Counted from the stretch's first letter, positions 29,612 to 40,034 are shown. The stretch: DNA of 64,000 nt from an uncultured Neglectibacter sp. (GCA_946554335.1 CAMNSA010000011.1:12158-76157), one strand, 5' to 3'. Translations and numbers: made by a program. Notes: generated from the letters alone by a model not told the origin.

Positions 29612-30205
29612 TTAAAGCTTCAACAGGATCCCCGCCGCGGCAGCGATGACGATGAACACTACCGGGTGGATCTTTTTCCACAGGTTCATGCCCAGGAACA
29701 GAAGCAAAAACAGGAGAATGGCCGGGAGGCAGAACAGGGTCAGATAGCTCCCGTCTGCCTGAAAGCCCGGGATGTTCAGAAGAGAGGTTTCCAAAATGGA
29801 GAAGCAGGCGGAGGCGATCAGGGCGGTCACAGCGGGACGCAGGGTGTAAAAGGCGTCGGACACCAGCTTGTTGTCCTTAAATTTTTTCAGGAAATTGGCC
29901 ACGATGAGGATAATGATCACCGAAGGGGTGATCAGTCCTATGGTTGCGGTGAGAGCGCCCAGGATCCCCCCCGGAACGCCCAGCACGGCATGACCGCAGT
30001 TATAGCCCGCGTAGGTGGCCATATTGACTCCCAGCGGGCCGGGAGTGGATTCGGAGATCGCGATCATATCCGAAAGGATGGAGGAGTCAAACCAGGCGTA
30101 CTTGTCGGCGATCTCATAGAGGAAGGGAAGGGTGGCCAAGCCCCCGCCGATGGCGAAAAGACCGGCTTTGAAGAATTCGTAAAAGAGCAGGAGAAAGGTG
30201 ATCAT
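29612..30205 (-). CDS. Chromate transporter (short-chain CHR)
   Basis: GLFAIGGGLA, SESTPGPLG motifs. Confidence 0.9.
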   Translation of the reverse strand: MITFLLLFYEFFKAGLFAIGGGLATLPFLYEIADKYAWFDSSILSDMIAISESTPGPLGVNMATYAGYNCGHAVLGVPGGILGALTATIGLITPSVIIILIVANFLKKFKDNKLVSDAFYTLRPAVTALIASACFSILETSLLNIPGFQADGSYLTLFCLPAILLFLLLFLGMNLWKKIHPVVFIVIAAAAGILLKL

Positions 30206-30766
30206 TTACTTTTCCTCTCCTTTCTTTTTCGGGGCAAACTGCCCATAGAGAAGCCCCAGGACGATGGCGCCGATCACCACCCAGATGGGGGAGAGAGACA
30301 AAAACACGGACAGAAGGAATACCAGAAGAAAAATGGCGATTCCCAAAAGGTCCTTCACGCCCTTTTTCCAGAGCTTGATCACGGCGTTTACCACAAGGGC
30401 CGCCACCGCTACCCGGATCCCCGCCAGGGCGTGGGCCACATAGACATTGTCCGCGAAATTGCGGATCACGGCGGCCAACAGCAAAATGATGAAAAAGGAG
30501 GGGGCTACCACTCCCAGGGTGGCCATGATCCCGCCCAGCACGCCCTTTTCCTTATGGCCGATGAAGGTGGCCACATTCACGGCGATGATGCCGGGGGTAC
30601 ACTGTCCCACCGCGTAATAGTCCAAAAGCTCTTCCTCTGTGGCCCATTTTCTGTTTTCCACCACTTCCTTCTGCAGCATGGGAAGCATGGCGTAGCCTCC
30701 CCCGAAGGTGAGCCCTCCAATGCGGGCAAAAGTGAGAAACAGATCCAAATATCCGCCTTTTTTCAT
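30206..30766 (-). CDS. Chromate transporter (short-chain CHR)
   Basis: TFGGGYAMLP, GQCTPGIIA motifs; paired with the downstream CHR gene. Confidence 0.9.
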   Translation of the reverse strand: MKKGGYLDLFLTFARIGGLTFGGGYAMLPMLQKEVVENRKWATEEELLDYYAVGQCTPGIIAVNVATFIGHKEKGVLGGIMATLGVVAPSFFIILLLAAVIRNFADNVYVAHALAGIRVAVAALVVNAVIKLWKKGVKDLLGIAIFLLVFLLSVFLSLSPIWVVIGAIVLGLLYGQFAPKKKGEEK

Positions 30767-30786
30767 AGCTTGCACACACTTCCTTT

Positions 30787-31611
30787 CTAAAGGGAGTCCC
30801 TTGAATGGGGCTCCGATTTTTCCAGCAGGCCGCTGAGCTCGTCCAGATCCCGCAGAACGAGATCTGGCTTCACATCGCTCTCTTTCAACATCTCCTTCGT
30901 GGTCTCACCGCTGAGCACCAGAATGGAGGTGACCTCAGATCCGGCCGCCACGGCAATATCCGTGTAAAGCCGGTCTCCCACCACCGCCAGCTCTTCCGGT
31001 TTACACCCGGTTTCCCGCAGCATATATTCCAGGGTGTGAGGGGAGGGTTTTCCGAAAAACTCACAGGGGACGCCGGTAGAGGTCCTGATGAGGGCGGCCA
31101 TAGAGCCGCAGTCCGGGATAAACCCCTCCTCCACCGGACAGTTGAGATCCGGGTTCACCCCGTAATAGGGCCTTCCCCGCCTGATGAAATGGCAGGCCTT
31201 CGTAAGCTTTTCGTAAGTCAGGGTGGTGTCGAAGCCCAGCACGACGAAGTCGGGGTCCTGATCGTTTTGCGGGATCCCCGCGGCTTCAAAATCCGCGCAG
31301 AGCAGGGGGGTGCCCACGACAAAGCAGCTTTCCCCGGGCCGGTTCTCTTTGAGCCATTCTATGATTACGGCGCTTGCGATCAGCATTTTTTCCGCCGGGA
31401 TATGGATCCCCATGCGGGAGAGCTTGTCCAGATAGGCCTCTCTGTTTTTGGAGCTGTTATTGGTGAAAAAGCAGAATTCCCGACCGGTTTTTTCAACCGT
31501 TTCCAGAAAGCGGGGCATAAAGGGAAACAGGTGCTCTCCCAGATAAATGGTGCCGTCCATATCCAGCACGAACATTTTAATGCGGGAGAGCCGCCGAAGG
31601 GCTTGTTCCAT
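30787..31611 (-). CDS. HAD-IIA (NagD-like) hydrolase
   Basis: DMDGTIY, TNNSSK, GKPSP, VGDRLYTDI. Confidence 0.92.
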   Translation of the reverse strand: MEQALRRLSRIKMFVLDMDGTIYLGEHLFPFMPRFLETVEKTGREFCFFTNNSSKNREAYLDKLSRMGIHIPAEKMLIASAVIIEWLKENRPGESCFVVGTPLLCADFEAAGIPQNDQDPDFVVLGFDTTLTYEKLTKACHFIRRGRPYYGVNPDLNCPVEEGFIPDCGSMAALIRTSTGVPCEFFGKPSPHTLEYMLRETGCKPEELAVVGDRLYTDIAVAAGSEVTSILVLSGETTKEMLKESDVKPDLVLRDLDELSGLLEKSEPHSRDSL

Positions 31612-31916
31612 AAAAAACATCCTTTCCACAGAGCCTGGGTCGACCGCGGCGGGGAGAACAGGGCGGAAAAGAGAAACATCGCCTTTGAGGGCTTCTCCCG
31701 GAAAAAACGGCAAAGCTATTTTAGCATGGAAGCGGGGCTCTTTCAAGGGAAAAGTACGGCCATTGAGAAGGGCGAAAAGGGGGCTGTTATTTTTTTTCGG
31801 TTTGCGCTATAATAAAAGTATGGATTTAAGAAAGGACTGCCCGGCGTTTTTCGGGGCAGAGCGACAAGGATCTGCAAAGAGCTCTCTTTGATTTCAAAAG
31901 GAAAGGAACGATCAGG

Positions 31917-32357
31917 ATGGAATTTTTCAAAAGTTTGGGACGCGCCGTAGGAAACGCGTGGGGCTTTGTTGAGGGGAAGAACCGGCGTGCCGCCGCCTTG
32001 AACCGGATTCGGGCAGTGATCAGCTGCGAGGAAAAGGCCGCCCAAAAACAGTATCTTGCCCTGGGAAGATATTATTACCATAATCTGCGGGACAAAAATA
32101 ACCCGGTCACCGAGGCCCACTGCGCAGATCTGGACGCCATTGAGTTCAGGCTGGACGCGGCTTTGAATCAGCTGGAGAAGTTCTATCAGAGCGAGGACGA
32201 CCGCGAGGAGATCGACCTTGAGGATGTTCAGTGCCTGGAGGAGACTGTACCGGAGGAGCACTCGGAAGAGGAGACAGAGCAGGTCAAGCACGGCGATGAC
32301 CCGGAGGAGGAGCCTGCCGCTTCTGATGAAAACGACGGCCTGCCCTTTGAAGGCTGA
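31917..32357 (+). CDS. Hypothetical protein (coiled coil, acidic tail)
   Basis: AAAGGA RBS, host-like codons, co-oriented with the next gene. Confidence 0.75.
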   Translation: MEFFKSLGRAVGNAWGFVEGKNRRAAALNRIRAVISCEEKAAQKQYLALGRYYYHNLRDKNNPVTEAHCADLDAIEFRLDAALNQLEKFYQSEDDREEIDLEDVQCLEETVPEEHSEEETEQVKHGDDPEEEPAASDENDGLPFEG

Positions 32358-32371
32358 GACGGAGGAGCGGT

Positions 32372-32998
32372 ATGTCTACGGAAATCGTAAAAGAGATCAT
32401 TTGCCCCCAGTGCGGGGAAACGCAGAAATACAAGCTGTATACCGGGATCAACTGTGCGGAGAATCCGGAGCTGAAGGACCTGATATTAAACGAGACTCTC
32501 TTTGACTGGCGCTGCAAGCGGTGCAATTATTTCGCCGCCATGGCCTATCCCTTTTTGTACACGGATCCGGAGAAGCGGTACGCCATCTGCGTTTCGCCTG
32601 CCGCGGGAAACACGGTGGAGCCCACCGCCGCCGTCAAGGATTTCACAAAGCGGATCGTCAAGAACCTGGCGGAGCTGAAGGAGAAGATCCTGATTTTGGA
32701 CGCGGGCTATGACGATATCGCGGTAGAGCTGGTGAAAAACGCCCTTTGCTCCATTATTCGGGGCACCTACAAGGTGCCCCGGGTACACGCCTACTATAGC
32801 CGCGTGAGCGGCGAGGAGATGGAGTTCGCGGTGTTCCTGCCGAAAAAGGAGGACCCGGTGTACCATTCTACGAAAATGGATGTATACAAGCAGTCTCAGG
32901 AGGTGCTCAGGGCCCTGGACTTTGTGGATCCGCCCCAGTTTTTGCAGGCGGACGCGAAGCTGGCGAAAAAGATCATCGAGGACTATCAGAACATCTGA
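32372..32998 (+). CDS. CpXC domain-containing protein
   Basis: CPQCG...INCAENPELK..IL..TLFDWRCKRC...YPFLYTD. Confidence 0.8.
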   Translation: MSTEIVKEIICPQCGETQKYKLYTGINCAENPELKDLILNETLFDWRCKRCNYFAAMAYPFLYTDPEKRYAICVSPAAGNTVEPTAAVKDFTKRIVKNLAELKEKILILDAGYDDIAVELVKNALCSIIRGTYKVPRVHAYYSRVSGEEMEFAVFLPKKEDPVYHSTKMDVYKQSQEVLRALDFVDPPQFLQADAKLAKKIIEDYQNI

Positions 32999-33068
32999 CG
33001 GTTCCGGAATAAGAGAAAAAGCTCCCCTCGCTTTGAAAGCGAGGGGAGTTGCTGCTTTTTGGGGCAGC

Positions 33069-34094
33069 TCAGTGCAGCTTGGCGGGCAGATAGCCAATCT
33101 TTTTCATGACCTTGGAAAGAGTCTTCTGGGCGAGATAATGGGCCTTTTGGGCGTTCTCGGTATAGCACTTTTCCAGGTATTCAGGATCCTCCATCAGCTC
33201 TTTGAACCGCTTCTGGATAGGCACGAGAGCGTCGATCACCACCTGGGCCACCGCCGGCTTAAAGTCGCCGTAGCCCTTGCCTTCAAATTCCCGCTCAATC
33301 TCCTCCATGGTTTTCCCGGTGAGAGAGGCGTAGATCTCCATCAGGTTGTTGACGCCATCCTTTCCGGGAGCGTAACGCACCTGGGACTCGCTGTCTGTCA
33401 CCGCGCGCTTGAATTTGCGCAGGATGGTATCCGGGTCGTCCGCCATGGTGATAGTGCCGTTTAGGTTCTCGTCAGACTTGGACATTTTTTTGGAGGGATC
33501 CTGCAGGGACATGACCCGGGCGCCGTGCTTGGGAATCAGGGGCTGGGGCACGGGGAAGGTGGGGCTGTAGAGCCCGTTGAAGCGCTCGGCGACGTTCCTC
33601 GCCAGCTCCACATGCTGCTTCTGGTCCGCCCCCACGGGGACGAAGTCCGCCTGATAGAGGAGAATATCCGCCGCCATCAGGCAGGGATAGGTAAAAAGCC
33701 CGGCGTTTACATTGTCAGCATGCTTTTGGGATTTATCCTTGAACTGGGTCATGCGGGAAAGCTCTCCGAATTGGGTGTAACAGTTCAAGATCCAGGAAAG
33801 CTGGGCGTGCTCGGGCACCTGGCTTTGAATAAAGAGAATGGTTTTCTCAAGGTCGATCCCCATGGCCAGAAGATAGGCGTAGGATTCTAAAATGTATTTG
33901 CGGAATTTTTTGGGATCCTGCCGGACGGTGATGGCGTGCAGATCCGCTAAAGCGTAGATGCACTCATACTCGTCCTGAAAGCCCACATGGTTGCGGATGG
34001 CGCCCAGGAAATTACCCAGGGTGAACACTCCCGTGCACTGGTACATGCTGAGGATCCGCTTTTTGGGGGCGCTTTCTGTTGTCAATTCAGTCAT
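33069..34094 (-). CDS. trpS: Tryptophan--tRNA ligase
   Basis: TLGN (HIGH variant), ADLHAIT, YPCLMAADILLY, VPVGADQKQH, KMSKS. Confidence 0.97.
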   Translation of the reverse strand: MTELTTESAPKKRILSMYQCTGVFTLGNFLGAIRNHVGFQDEYECIYALADLHAITVRQDPKKFRKYILESYAYLLAMGIDLEKTILFIQSQVPEHAQLSWILNCYTQFGELSRMTQFKDKSQKHADNVNAGLFTYPCLMAADILLYQADFVPVGADQKQHVELARNVAERFNGLYSPTFPVPQPLIPKHGARVMSLQDPSKKMSKSDENLNGTITMADDPDTILRKFKRAVTDSESQVRYAPGKDGVNNLMEIYASLTGKTMEEIEREFEGKGYGDFKPAVAQVVIDALVPIQKRFKELMEDPEYLEKCYTENAQKAHYLAQKTLSKVMKKIGYLPAKLH

Positions 34095-34119
34095 TCTGTT
34101 TTTCCTCCTCTAAGATGGA

Positions 34120-35307
34120 TCAGGCCATTTCTTTTGCGGTTTCTCCCAAAATGCGGATGCCTTCTGTGAGCTGTTCGTCCGTGGGAGTGGAGAAGTTGAT
34201 GCGGAAAGACCTGCAGGGAGCGGACTCGTCTGTCAGAAAGGCGGTGCCGGGGACGACACACACCTTGCGCTCCATGGCCTTTTTCACAAATTCCAGCATA
34301 TCGATGGACTCCGGAAGAGTACACCAGGCGAAAAGACCGCCCTCAAATCTGCTCCAGGAAATGAGGGGGGAGAAGTGCTCCTGCATGGCCTTCAGCAGAA
34401 CGCCGCTCTTGCGAGCGTAGATCTTTCTAAGTCCCTGCAGATGGGCTTCGTAGTCGTACTGGGTCATAAAGCGGTGGCATACGATCTGGGCCCAGATATT
34501 GGAGTGGACATCCTCGCCCTGCTTGCACACCACCATTTTCTGGACGATCTCCCTGGGGCCGATGGCATAGCCCACGCGCATGCCGGGGGACACCACCTTG
34601 GAAAAGGAGCCGGCGTACATCACCACGCCTTCCCGGTCGAAGCTTTTGATGGCGGGCAGGTCCTCTCCGGCGAAGCGCAGATCGCCGTAAGGATTGTCCT
34701 CTAAAATCAGCACATTGTGATCCCGGCAAAGCTCGTAGACCTTTTGGCGCTTCTCCAGGCTCATGGTGATGCCGGAGGGATTCTGAAAATTGGGGATGGT
34801 GTACAGGTATTTGACATTTTTTTCCGTGGACAGCGCCTTTTTCAGGTCCTCAATGGAAATGCCGTCCTCCTCCATGGGGATCCCGCACAGCTTCGCCCGA
34901 TAAGAACGGAAGGTGTTGAGGGAGCCGATGAAGCTGGGGGCCTCGCACAAAACGGTATCCCCCTCGTTGAGCAGGGACTTCGTGAGCAGATCCATCACCT
35001 GCTGGGCTCCGCTGGTGATGAGGATCTCGTCTCTCTCGCCGCCCACCTGATGCTTTTTCTGCATGTAGGCGGACAGATGCTGCCGCAAGGGAGTATATCC
35101 CTCTGTGATGCTGTATTGCAGCGCTTCAATGGGCGTGTTCTGCAAAAGCTCTGCCGAAATGGCGCCGATCTCCCTCTGGGGAAATGCGTCCGGCGCGGGA
35201 TTTCCGGCGGAAAGGGGGATCACGCTGGGGTCGGAAGAGTTTTTCAAGATCTCCCGGATAGCGGAGGGCTTTAAGCTTTTGACCCGTTCAGAAAATTGAT
35301 ATTCCAT
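34120..35307 (-). CDS. PLP-dependent aminotransferase class I (LysN/Aro8-like)
   Basis: SAGNP, ITSGAQQ, TIPNFQNPSG, EDNPY, GSFSKVVSPGMRVG. Confidence 0.92.
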   Translation of the reverse strand: MEYQFSERVKSLKPSAIREILKNSSDPSVIPLSAGNPAPDAFPQREIGAISAELLQNTPIEALQYSITEGYTPLRQHLSAYMQKKHQVGGERDEILITSGAQQVMDLLTKSLLNEGDTVLCEAPSFIGSLNTFRSYRAKLCGIPMEEDGISIEDLKKALSTEKNVKYLYTIPNFQNPSGITMSLEKRQKVYELCRDHNVLILEDNPYGDLRFAGEDLPAIKSFDREGVVMYAGSFSKVVSPGMRVGYAIGPREIVQKMVVCKQGEDVHSNIWAQIVCHRFMTQYDYEAHLQGLRKIYARKSGVLLKAMQEHFSPLISWSRFEGGLFAWCTLPESIDMLEFVKKAMERKVCVVPGTAFLTDESAPCRSFRINFSTPTDEQLTEGIRILGETAKEMA

Positions 35308-35340
35308 TTAAAAAATCCTCTCTTCAAATTATTTTACGGA

Positions 35341-35605
35341 AAAAAAGAAAAGCCCGTCCTCTCCCCATGCAGGGAAAGGGACAGGCTGAATCAGTCTGCG
35401 GTACCACCCAAATTGACGGGAACATCTCCCGTCCGCTCTTTTTCCTTAACGCGGAAAGCGTCAGGCCATACTGCCAAAGGGTTCCGGCCTGCCCTCGCGA
35501 GCCCATTCACAAGCGCCCTTACGCCGCGTTTCCACTTGCCGCGGCTCCCTGGAGAAAAGGGGAAAGCCTGTTACTCTCCTCGCATCGTCGGTTTTCTTTT
35601 CTTCA
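35341..35605 (-). ncRNA. T-box riboswitch, Trp specifier (UGG)
   Basis: T-box AATTTGGGTGGTACCGC (35398-35414, minus strand); stem I with GAA-TGG specifier at 35503-35505; terminator hairpin plus U-run at ~35345-35387; upstream of aminotransferase-trpS. Confidence 0.9.
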
Positions 35606-35615
35606 CTTGCCGCTC

Positions 35616-35644
35616 ATTATATGCTTTTCCGGGCGATTTGTCAA
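35616..35644 (-). promoter_or_regulatory. Consensus sigma-A promoter of the T-box operon
   Basis: TTGACA-17 bp-TATAAT on the minus strand. Confidence 0.85.
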
Positions 35645-35869
35645 CGGGAAAGCGGTCCCTTTCTTTTGATGACATAATCAATTTACATAACTAGTTTACA
35701 ACATAATTATCTTCTAAGTCTACATAACTTTCCGATAGTAGGAAAATAGTGGGAAAAATGACAGAAAATCCCAGCCGATAAGTGACAGGAAAATTTGGGA
35801 TCTTTCGGTATAATTCACAGGTGACCTGCATAGTGAGGTTTCAATAATGATGTTGAGGCGGTGTTTTCG

Positions 35870-38191
35870 GTGGAAGAAAGTAGAGTTCGGCGCGCCTTTT
35901 TTAAGGTGAAGGAGTCCTTGGATTCCGTTTACATGAGAAAGGCCTTCGTGATGCTGGGAAGCTTTTTGGGAGGAATCTTTTCCTCCAAGGGGATCGTTTT
36001 TGGAAAATACGCTCCCTTCGGAGTGGCTATGGTCGCGGCTGCTCCCAGAGAGGGAATGTGGAGCGCGGCGGCCGGGGCATTTCTGGGATACCTCATGCCT
36101 TCTCCCGCGGATGTTCCCGCCAGATACGCGGCTGCCCTGATCGCAGCGGCCGCTATTCGATGGTCCCTTTCTGAGCTGAAAAGCGTAAGCTCTCATCCTC
36201 TGTTTGCCCCGCTGGTCACCTTTTTTCCACTGCTGCTCACCGGTATGACCATGGTGTTTCTCAATGGTTCCCTTTCCTACTCGGCGGCGCTGTATGTGGC
36301 GGAAGCCTTCTTAGGAAGCGGGTGCGCCTATTTTCTCTCCCGTACCTCCAGGCTGCTTTTGCACCCCGGCAGGGAGGGAGTATATGAAACGGCGGATGTG
36401 GCCGCCGTCACCGCCGCAGTGGGGATCCTGCTGCTGGCCTTTTCGGATGTGACCATCGCCGGAGTTTCCCTGGGCAGGGTCCTGATGATCTTACTGGTGC
36501 TTACCTGTGCCCGGTCCGGCGGGATCTCCGGCGGAACGGTGGCCGGTGTGGCGGCCGGGGCGATCCACGGACTTTCCACGGCGGGGCTTTCCCATCTTTC
36601 CGGCGCCTATGGCCTGGGAGGGCTCATGGCCGGCGTCTTTGCGCCCATGGGGAAAGTGGCGTCGGCAGCTGCCTTTATCATCTCTTATGGGGTGGCGTCT
36701 CTCCAGGTGGGAAGCGGAAACGACCCCTGGACCGGGGCTTTGGAGGTGGCTGCGGCTACTCTCCTTTACATGCTTCTGCCCCAGAGCAGCCGGATCGCCG
36801 CTCTGTTCGGCGTGAGAAAGGATAGCCTTTCCGGGGACGCCTTGAGAAGAAATATCGTGATGCGTCTCAAGCACGCCTCCCAGTCTATGACCGAGGTGTG
36901 CGCCTCGGTGGAAGAGATCTCCCAAAAGCTCTCCACAGTATGCGCGCCCAATTTGCAGGAGGTCTATAACCGCTCTACGGAAACGGTTTGCGCAGGATGC
37001 GGCAAAAGCGGAGTCTGCTGGCGAAAAGAAAAGGAGGAGACCCTTAAAAATTTTTCCCGCCTTTCTCCTGTGCTGCGCAGGGAGGGAAAGGTGGAGATCC
37101 ATCACTTCACCAAGTCCTTTTCCGAGGGATGCAAGCGGGCAGGCGAGATGCGGGACGCCGTCAACCAGAACTACAGCCGTTATCTGATGCGGGAGGAGGC
37201 GGAACTTAGGGCCGCCCAGATCCGTCAGGTGGTGGAGGAGCATTTCAAAACCACAGCGGGCGTGCTGGAGGAGATGGCTGGAGAATTTTCTCTGTACCAG
37301 CATTTCGATGAGGAAGCCGCTCAGCGGGTGGAAGACATCCTCAGAGAAAATGGATTGACTCCCCTGGAGGTGTGCTGTCGGCTGGATAAGTTCGGAAGGA
37401 TGACGATGGAGGCGGAGGTGAAGAGAGAGCGGCAGAAACGCCTGAATCGCAGTGTCTTTACCAGAGAGATCTCCTCCGCCTGCGGCAGGACCTTCTCTCC
37501 GCCCTGTGTCAGCACGGCGGAGGACCGCTGCAGGATTCAGATGTGCCAGCGACCCGCCTATGAGGTGGACCGGGGATTTGCCCAGCTCAGCGCGGGGAAC
37601 GACACATTTTGCGGGGACAGCGCCAATGTGTTCTATGACGGCTGCGGCCGCCTGGTGGCCGTGCTCAGCGACGGCATGGGAACAGGAGGCCGGGCGGCGG
37701 TGGACGGAGCCATGACGGCGGCCATGGCGGAAAGCCTTTTGAAGGCGGGGCTGGGATTTGACAGCATGGCGCAGACGGTGAATTCGGCGCTGCTGGCGAA
37801 AAGCGGAGATGAATCCCTTGCCACCATCGACGCGGTGTGTGTGGATCTGTTCACCGGAAAAGCGGAGTTCCGCAAGGCAGGGGCCGCGGCCACGGTGCTG
37901 CGAAAGGGGAAGAAAACCGAGGTGATCGAGATCTCCTCCATGCCGGTGGGGGTCATGCCCAGCGTGGATTTCCCCAAAACAGAGCGGGAGCTTTCCGCGG
38001 GAGACCTGGTGGTGCTGGTGTCGGACGGAGTGGTGGCCACCGGCGTGGAGTGGCTTCTGGATTTTGTGGGCAACTGCGATGAGGAAGAGAACCCCAATAT
38101 CCTTGCGAAGCGGATCACTGAGGAAGCTCAGAAACGGCGAAGCGACGGGCATGAGGACGATGTGACGGCGCTGGTGCTGAGGCTCATATAA
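35870..38191 (+). CDS. spoIIE: Stage II sporulation protein E (PP2C phosphatase)
   Basis: N-terminal TM bundle, CxxC..CW middle region, PP2C motifs CGDS, LSDGMGTG, LATID, SDGV, DDVT; start approximate. Confidence 0.9.
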   Translation: MEESRVRRAFFKVKESLDSVYMRKAFVMLGSFLGGIFSSKGIVFGKYAPFGVAMVAAAPREGMWSAAAGAFLGYLMPSPADVPARYAAALIAAAAIRWSLSELKSVSSHPLFAPLVTFFPLLLTGMTMVFLNGSLSYSAALYVAEAFLGSGCAYFLSRTSRLLLHPGREGVYETADVAAVTAAVGILLLAFSDVTIAGVSLGRVLMILLVLTCARSGGISGGTVAGVAAGAIHGLSTAGLSHLSGAYGLGGLMAGVFAPMGKVASAAAFIISYGVASLQVGSGNDPWTGALEVAAATLLYMLLPQSSRIAALFGVRKDSLSGDALRRNIVMRLKHASQSMTEVCASVEEISQKLSTVCAPNLQEVYNRSTETVCAGCGKSGVCWRKEKEETLKNFSRLSPVLRREGKVEIHHFTKSFSEGCKRAGEMRDAVNQNYSRYLMREEAELRAAQIRQVVEEHFKTTAGVLEEMAGEFSLYQHFDEEAAQRVEDILRENGLTPLEVCCRLDKFGRMTMEAEVKRERQKRLNRSVFTREISSACGRTFSPPCVSTAEDRCRIQMCQRPAYEVDRGFAQLSAGNDTFCGDSANVFYDGCGRLVAVLSDGMGTGGRAAVDGAMTAAMAESLLKAGLGFDSMAQTVNSALLAKSGDESLATIDAVCVDLFTGKAEFRKAGAAATVLRKGKKTEVIEISSMPVGVMPSVDFPKTERELSAGDLVVLVSDGVVATGVEWLLDFVGNCDEEENPNILAKRITEEAQKRRSDGHEDDVTALVLRLI

Positions 38192-38228
38192 AAAAGGCGC
38201 TCCGGCAAAATTTGCCGGAGCGCCTTTT
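38192..38228. terminator. Bidirectional intrinsic terminator
   Basis: AAAAGGCGCTCCGGCAAA-A-TTTGCCGGAGCGCCTTTT between convergent genes. Confidence 0.85.
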
Positions 38229-38246
38229 CAGTAAAGCGGAATGGGA

Positions 38247-39017
38247 TCAGCCCTTTTTATTTTTGTGGTACAGCACGGAAAGGCCCTCCAGCAGGAGGTT
38301 TTCCTCATAGTGGATTTCCCGCTTGCAGAAGGGCAGCACGGTGCTGATCAGTCCACCGGTGGCCACCACGGTAATGGGTTCTCCCAGCTCCTCCTCCACC
38401 CGCTGGGAAAGGCCGTCCAGCATGGCTGCGTTGCTGTAGATCGCCCCCGCCTGCATACAGTCGATGGTGTTGGAGCCAATGAGCTTTTGCGGGGCGCCCA
38501 GATGAATATAGGGAAGCTGGGCGGCTCGGGAACTCAAGGCGTCTACGGAAAGCCGCAGGCCCGGGATGATCATCCCGCCCAGATACCCGCCGGTCTTGTC
38601 CAGCACGGAAAGGGTGGTGGCCGTTCCCATGTCGAAAATGGCAAGGGGAGGCCGGTATTTCGCCAGGGCCGCCACCGCGTCTACTACCAGATCAGCTCCC
38701 AGCTGGGCAGGGTTGTCCATGAGGATCTTGAGCCCTGTTTTCAGCCCAGGTCCTACGGTGAGAAGGCGTTTTCCGGTGAGCAGCTCCATTGCGTCGCCCA
38801 GTACGGTGCGAAGCTCCGGCACCACGCTGGACAGGATCCCGCCTTCGATCAGGGAGGGGTCCACTCCCTTATGGGCAAGCAGCCCGCTGACCAGCAGCAT
38901 ATATTCGTCGGCGGTCTTGTGGCGGTCGCTGCGGACCCGCAGAGTGAACAGCAGCTTTTCCCCCTGAAGACAGCCCAACACGATATTGGTGTTCCCGATG
39001 TCGATAGCAAGGATCAT
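38247..39017 (-). CDS. coaX: Type III pantothenate kinase
   Basis: AIDIGNTN, SSVVP, LGAD, DMGTATT, IIPG, VATGG. Confidence 0.95.
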   Translation of the reverse strand: MILAIDIGNTNIVLGCLQGEKLLFTLRVRSDRHKTADEYMLLVSGLLAHKGVDPSLIEGGILSSVVPELRTVLGDAMELLTGKRLLTVGPGLKTGLKILMDNPAQLGADLVVDAVAALAKYRPPLAIFDMGTATTLSVLDKTGGYLGGMIIPGLRLSVDALSSRAAQLPYIHLGAPQKLIGSNTIDCMQAGAIYSNAAMLDGLSQRVEEELGEPITVVATGGLISTVLPFCKREIHYEENLLLEGLSVLYHKNKKG

Positions 39018-39685
39018 GCCTCGTTTTCTCCTTTCGTTTTCCCAGCCATCAGGCCGAAGGCTTTCTGGATGGCGAGACAAACCGCGGGGGTGAGCACAGC
39101 TCCGGCGATGGCCTCTGGGACGCCGTTTGCCAGGACGATCCCCATCACAGCGCCGCTGACAAGATCAGGGGAAATTTCTTTTGCAGCGGCAAAGGCCCCG
39201 GAAAGCACGGTTCCGATCATCCCCATGACCAGAGCGGTGTTCACCGCAGCTCCCACTGCGCCTGCCAGGGTGAACTGCACCGCTCTGGCCCAGACCTTTT
39301 TCCCCATGAGCTTTTTCAGGCCCTTTACGAGATACCAGGGAATGATACCTGTCAAAATGCGGGGAATAAAACAAATCACCAGGGCCCACAGACTGCCCTT
39401 TCCCATACCCGGCAGGGGGACGAAGGGAGAAAAGGCAAAGCTTAGCAGACTGGGAGCCATGGTGTTTTTGATGAGACTGGTAATGCCGAACAGAGCGCCG
39501 AAAAACGCGCCCTTTTTGGGGCCCAGCAAAACGGCGCCGATGATGACGGGCACATGGAGAATGGTGGCCTTGATCACCGGCAGGTCGATCAGCCCCAGGG
39601 GTGTGAAGGCCATCAGAAGGATGACGGCGGTGAACAGGGCCGTGAGGACCAGGTCGCGGGCGGACGAAGCGGAACGATTTTTCAT
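39014..39685 (-). CDS. ECF transporter S component (PanT-like)
   Basis: FTPLGLI...ATILHVPVIIGA, IPRIL; translationally coupled to coaX. Confidence 0.85.
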   Translation of the reverse strand: MKNRSASSARDLVLTALFTAVILLMAFTPLGLIDLPVIKATILHVPVIIGAVLLGPKKGAFFGALFGITSLIKNTMAPSLLSFAFSPFVPLPGMGKGSLWALVICFIPRILTGIIPWYLVKGLKKLMGKKVWARAVQFTLAGAVGAAVNTALVMGMIGTVLSGAFAAAKEISPDLVSGAVMGIVLANGVPEAIAGAVLTPAVCLAIQKAFGLMAGKTKGENEA

Positions 39686-40034
39686 AGTATTTGCCTCCTG
39701 CTGCTGTTCCCGGAAACAGGCGGGATACAGCGCGTAATTTTGGCGGGCCGCAGCCCCTTCGCTCTTTCCGACTCCTGTCCGGGGCAAAGCCCCAGGTGCA
39801 GGTCCGGACTTAAAAAAGGATGCGGCCAACGGGAATATTATACGCAAACATGTGAAAAAATACAACCCCTAAAAATATGGTGTCTGTGAGGCAACGACTT
39901 GACTACATCAAATCGCTTTGTTATACTTTTCTCCAAAAGAGATAAGATAACAGAAGATTATTTCAGTCAGCGGCAAAACAAAAATCAGATTGGCCGTGAT
40001 TTTTTCAGCACAGGGAACAGGGAGGACAGAATCA

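Noticed and set aside
29129-30790. 553-aa plus-strand ORF and similar long shadows (36491..38152 minus, 38241..39737 plus, 20968..22137 plus, 41509..42687 minus)
   Set aside because: They are antisense to well-supported genes, lack recognisable motifs, and are expected in GC-rich coding DNA.
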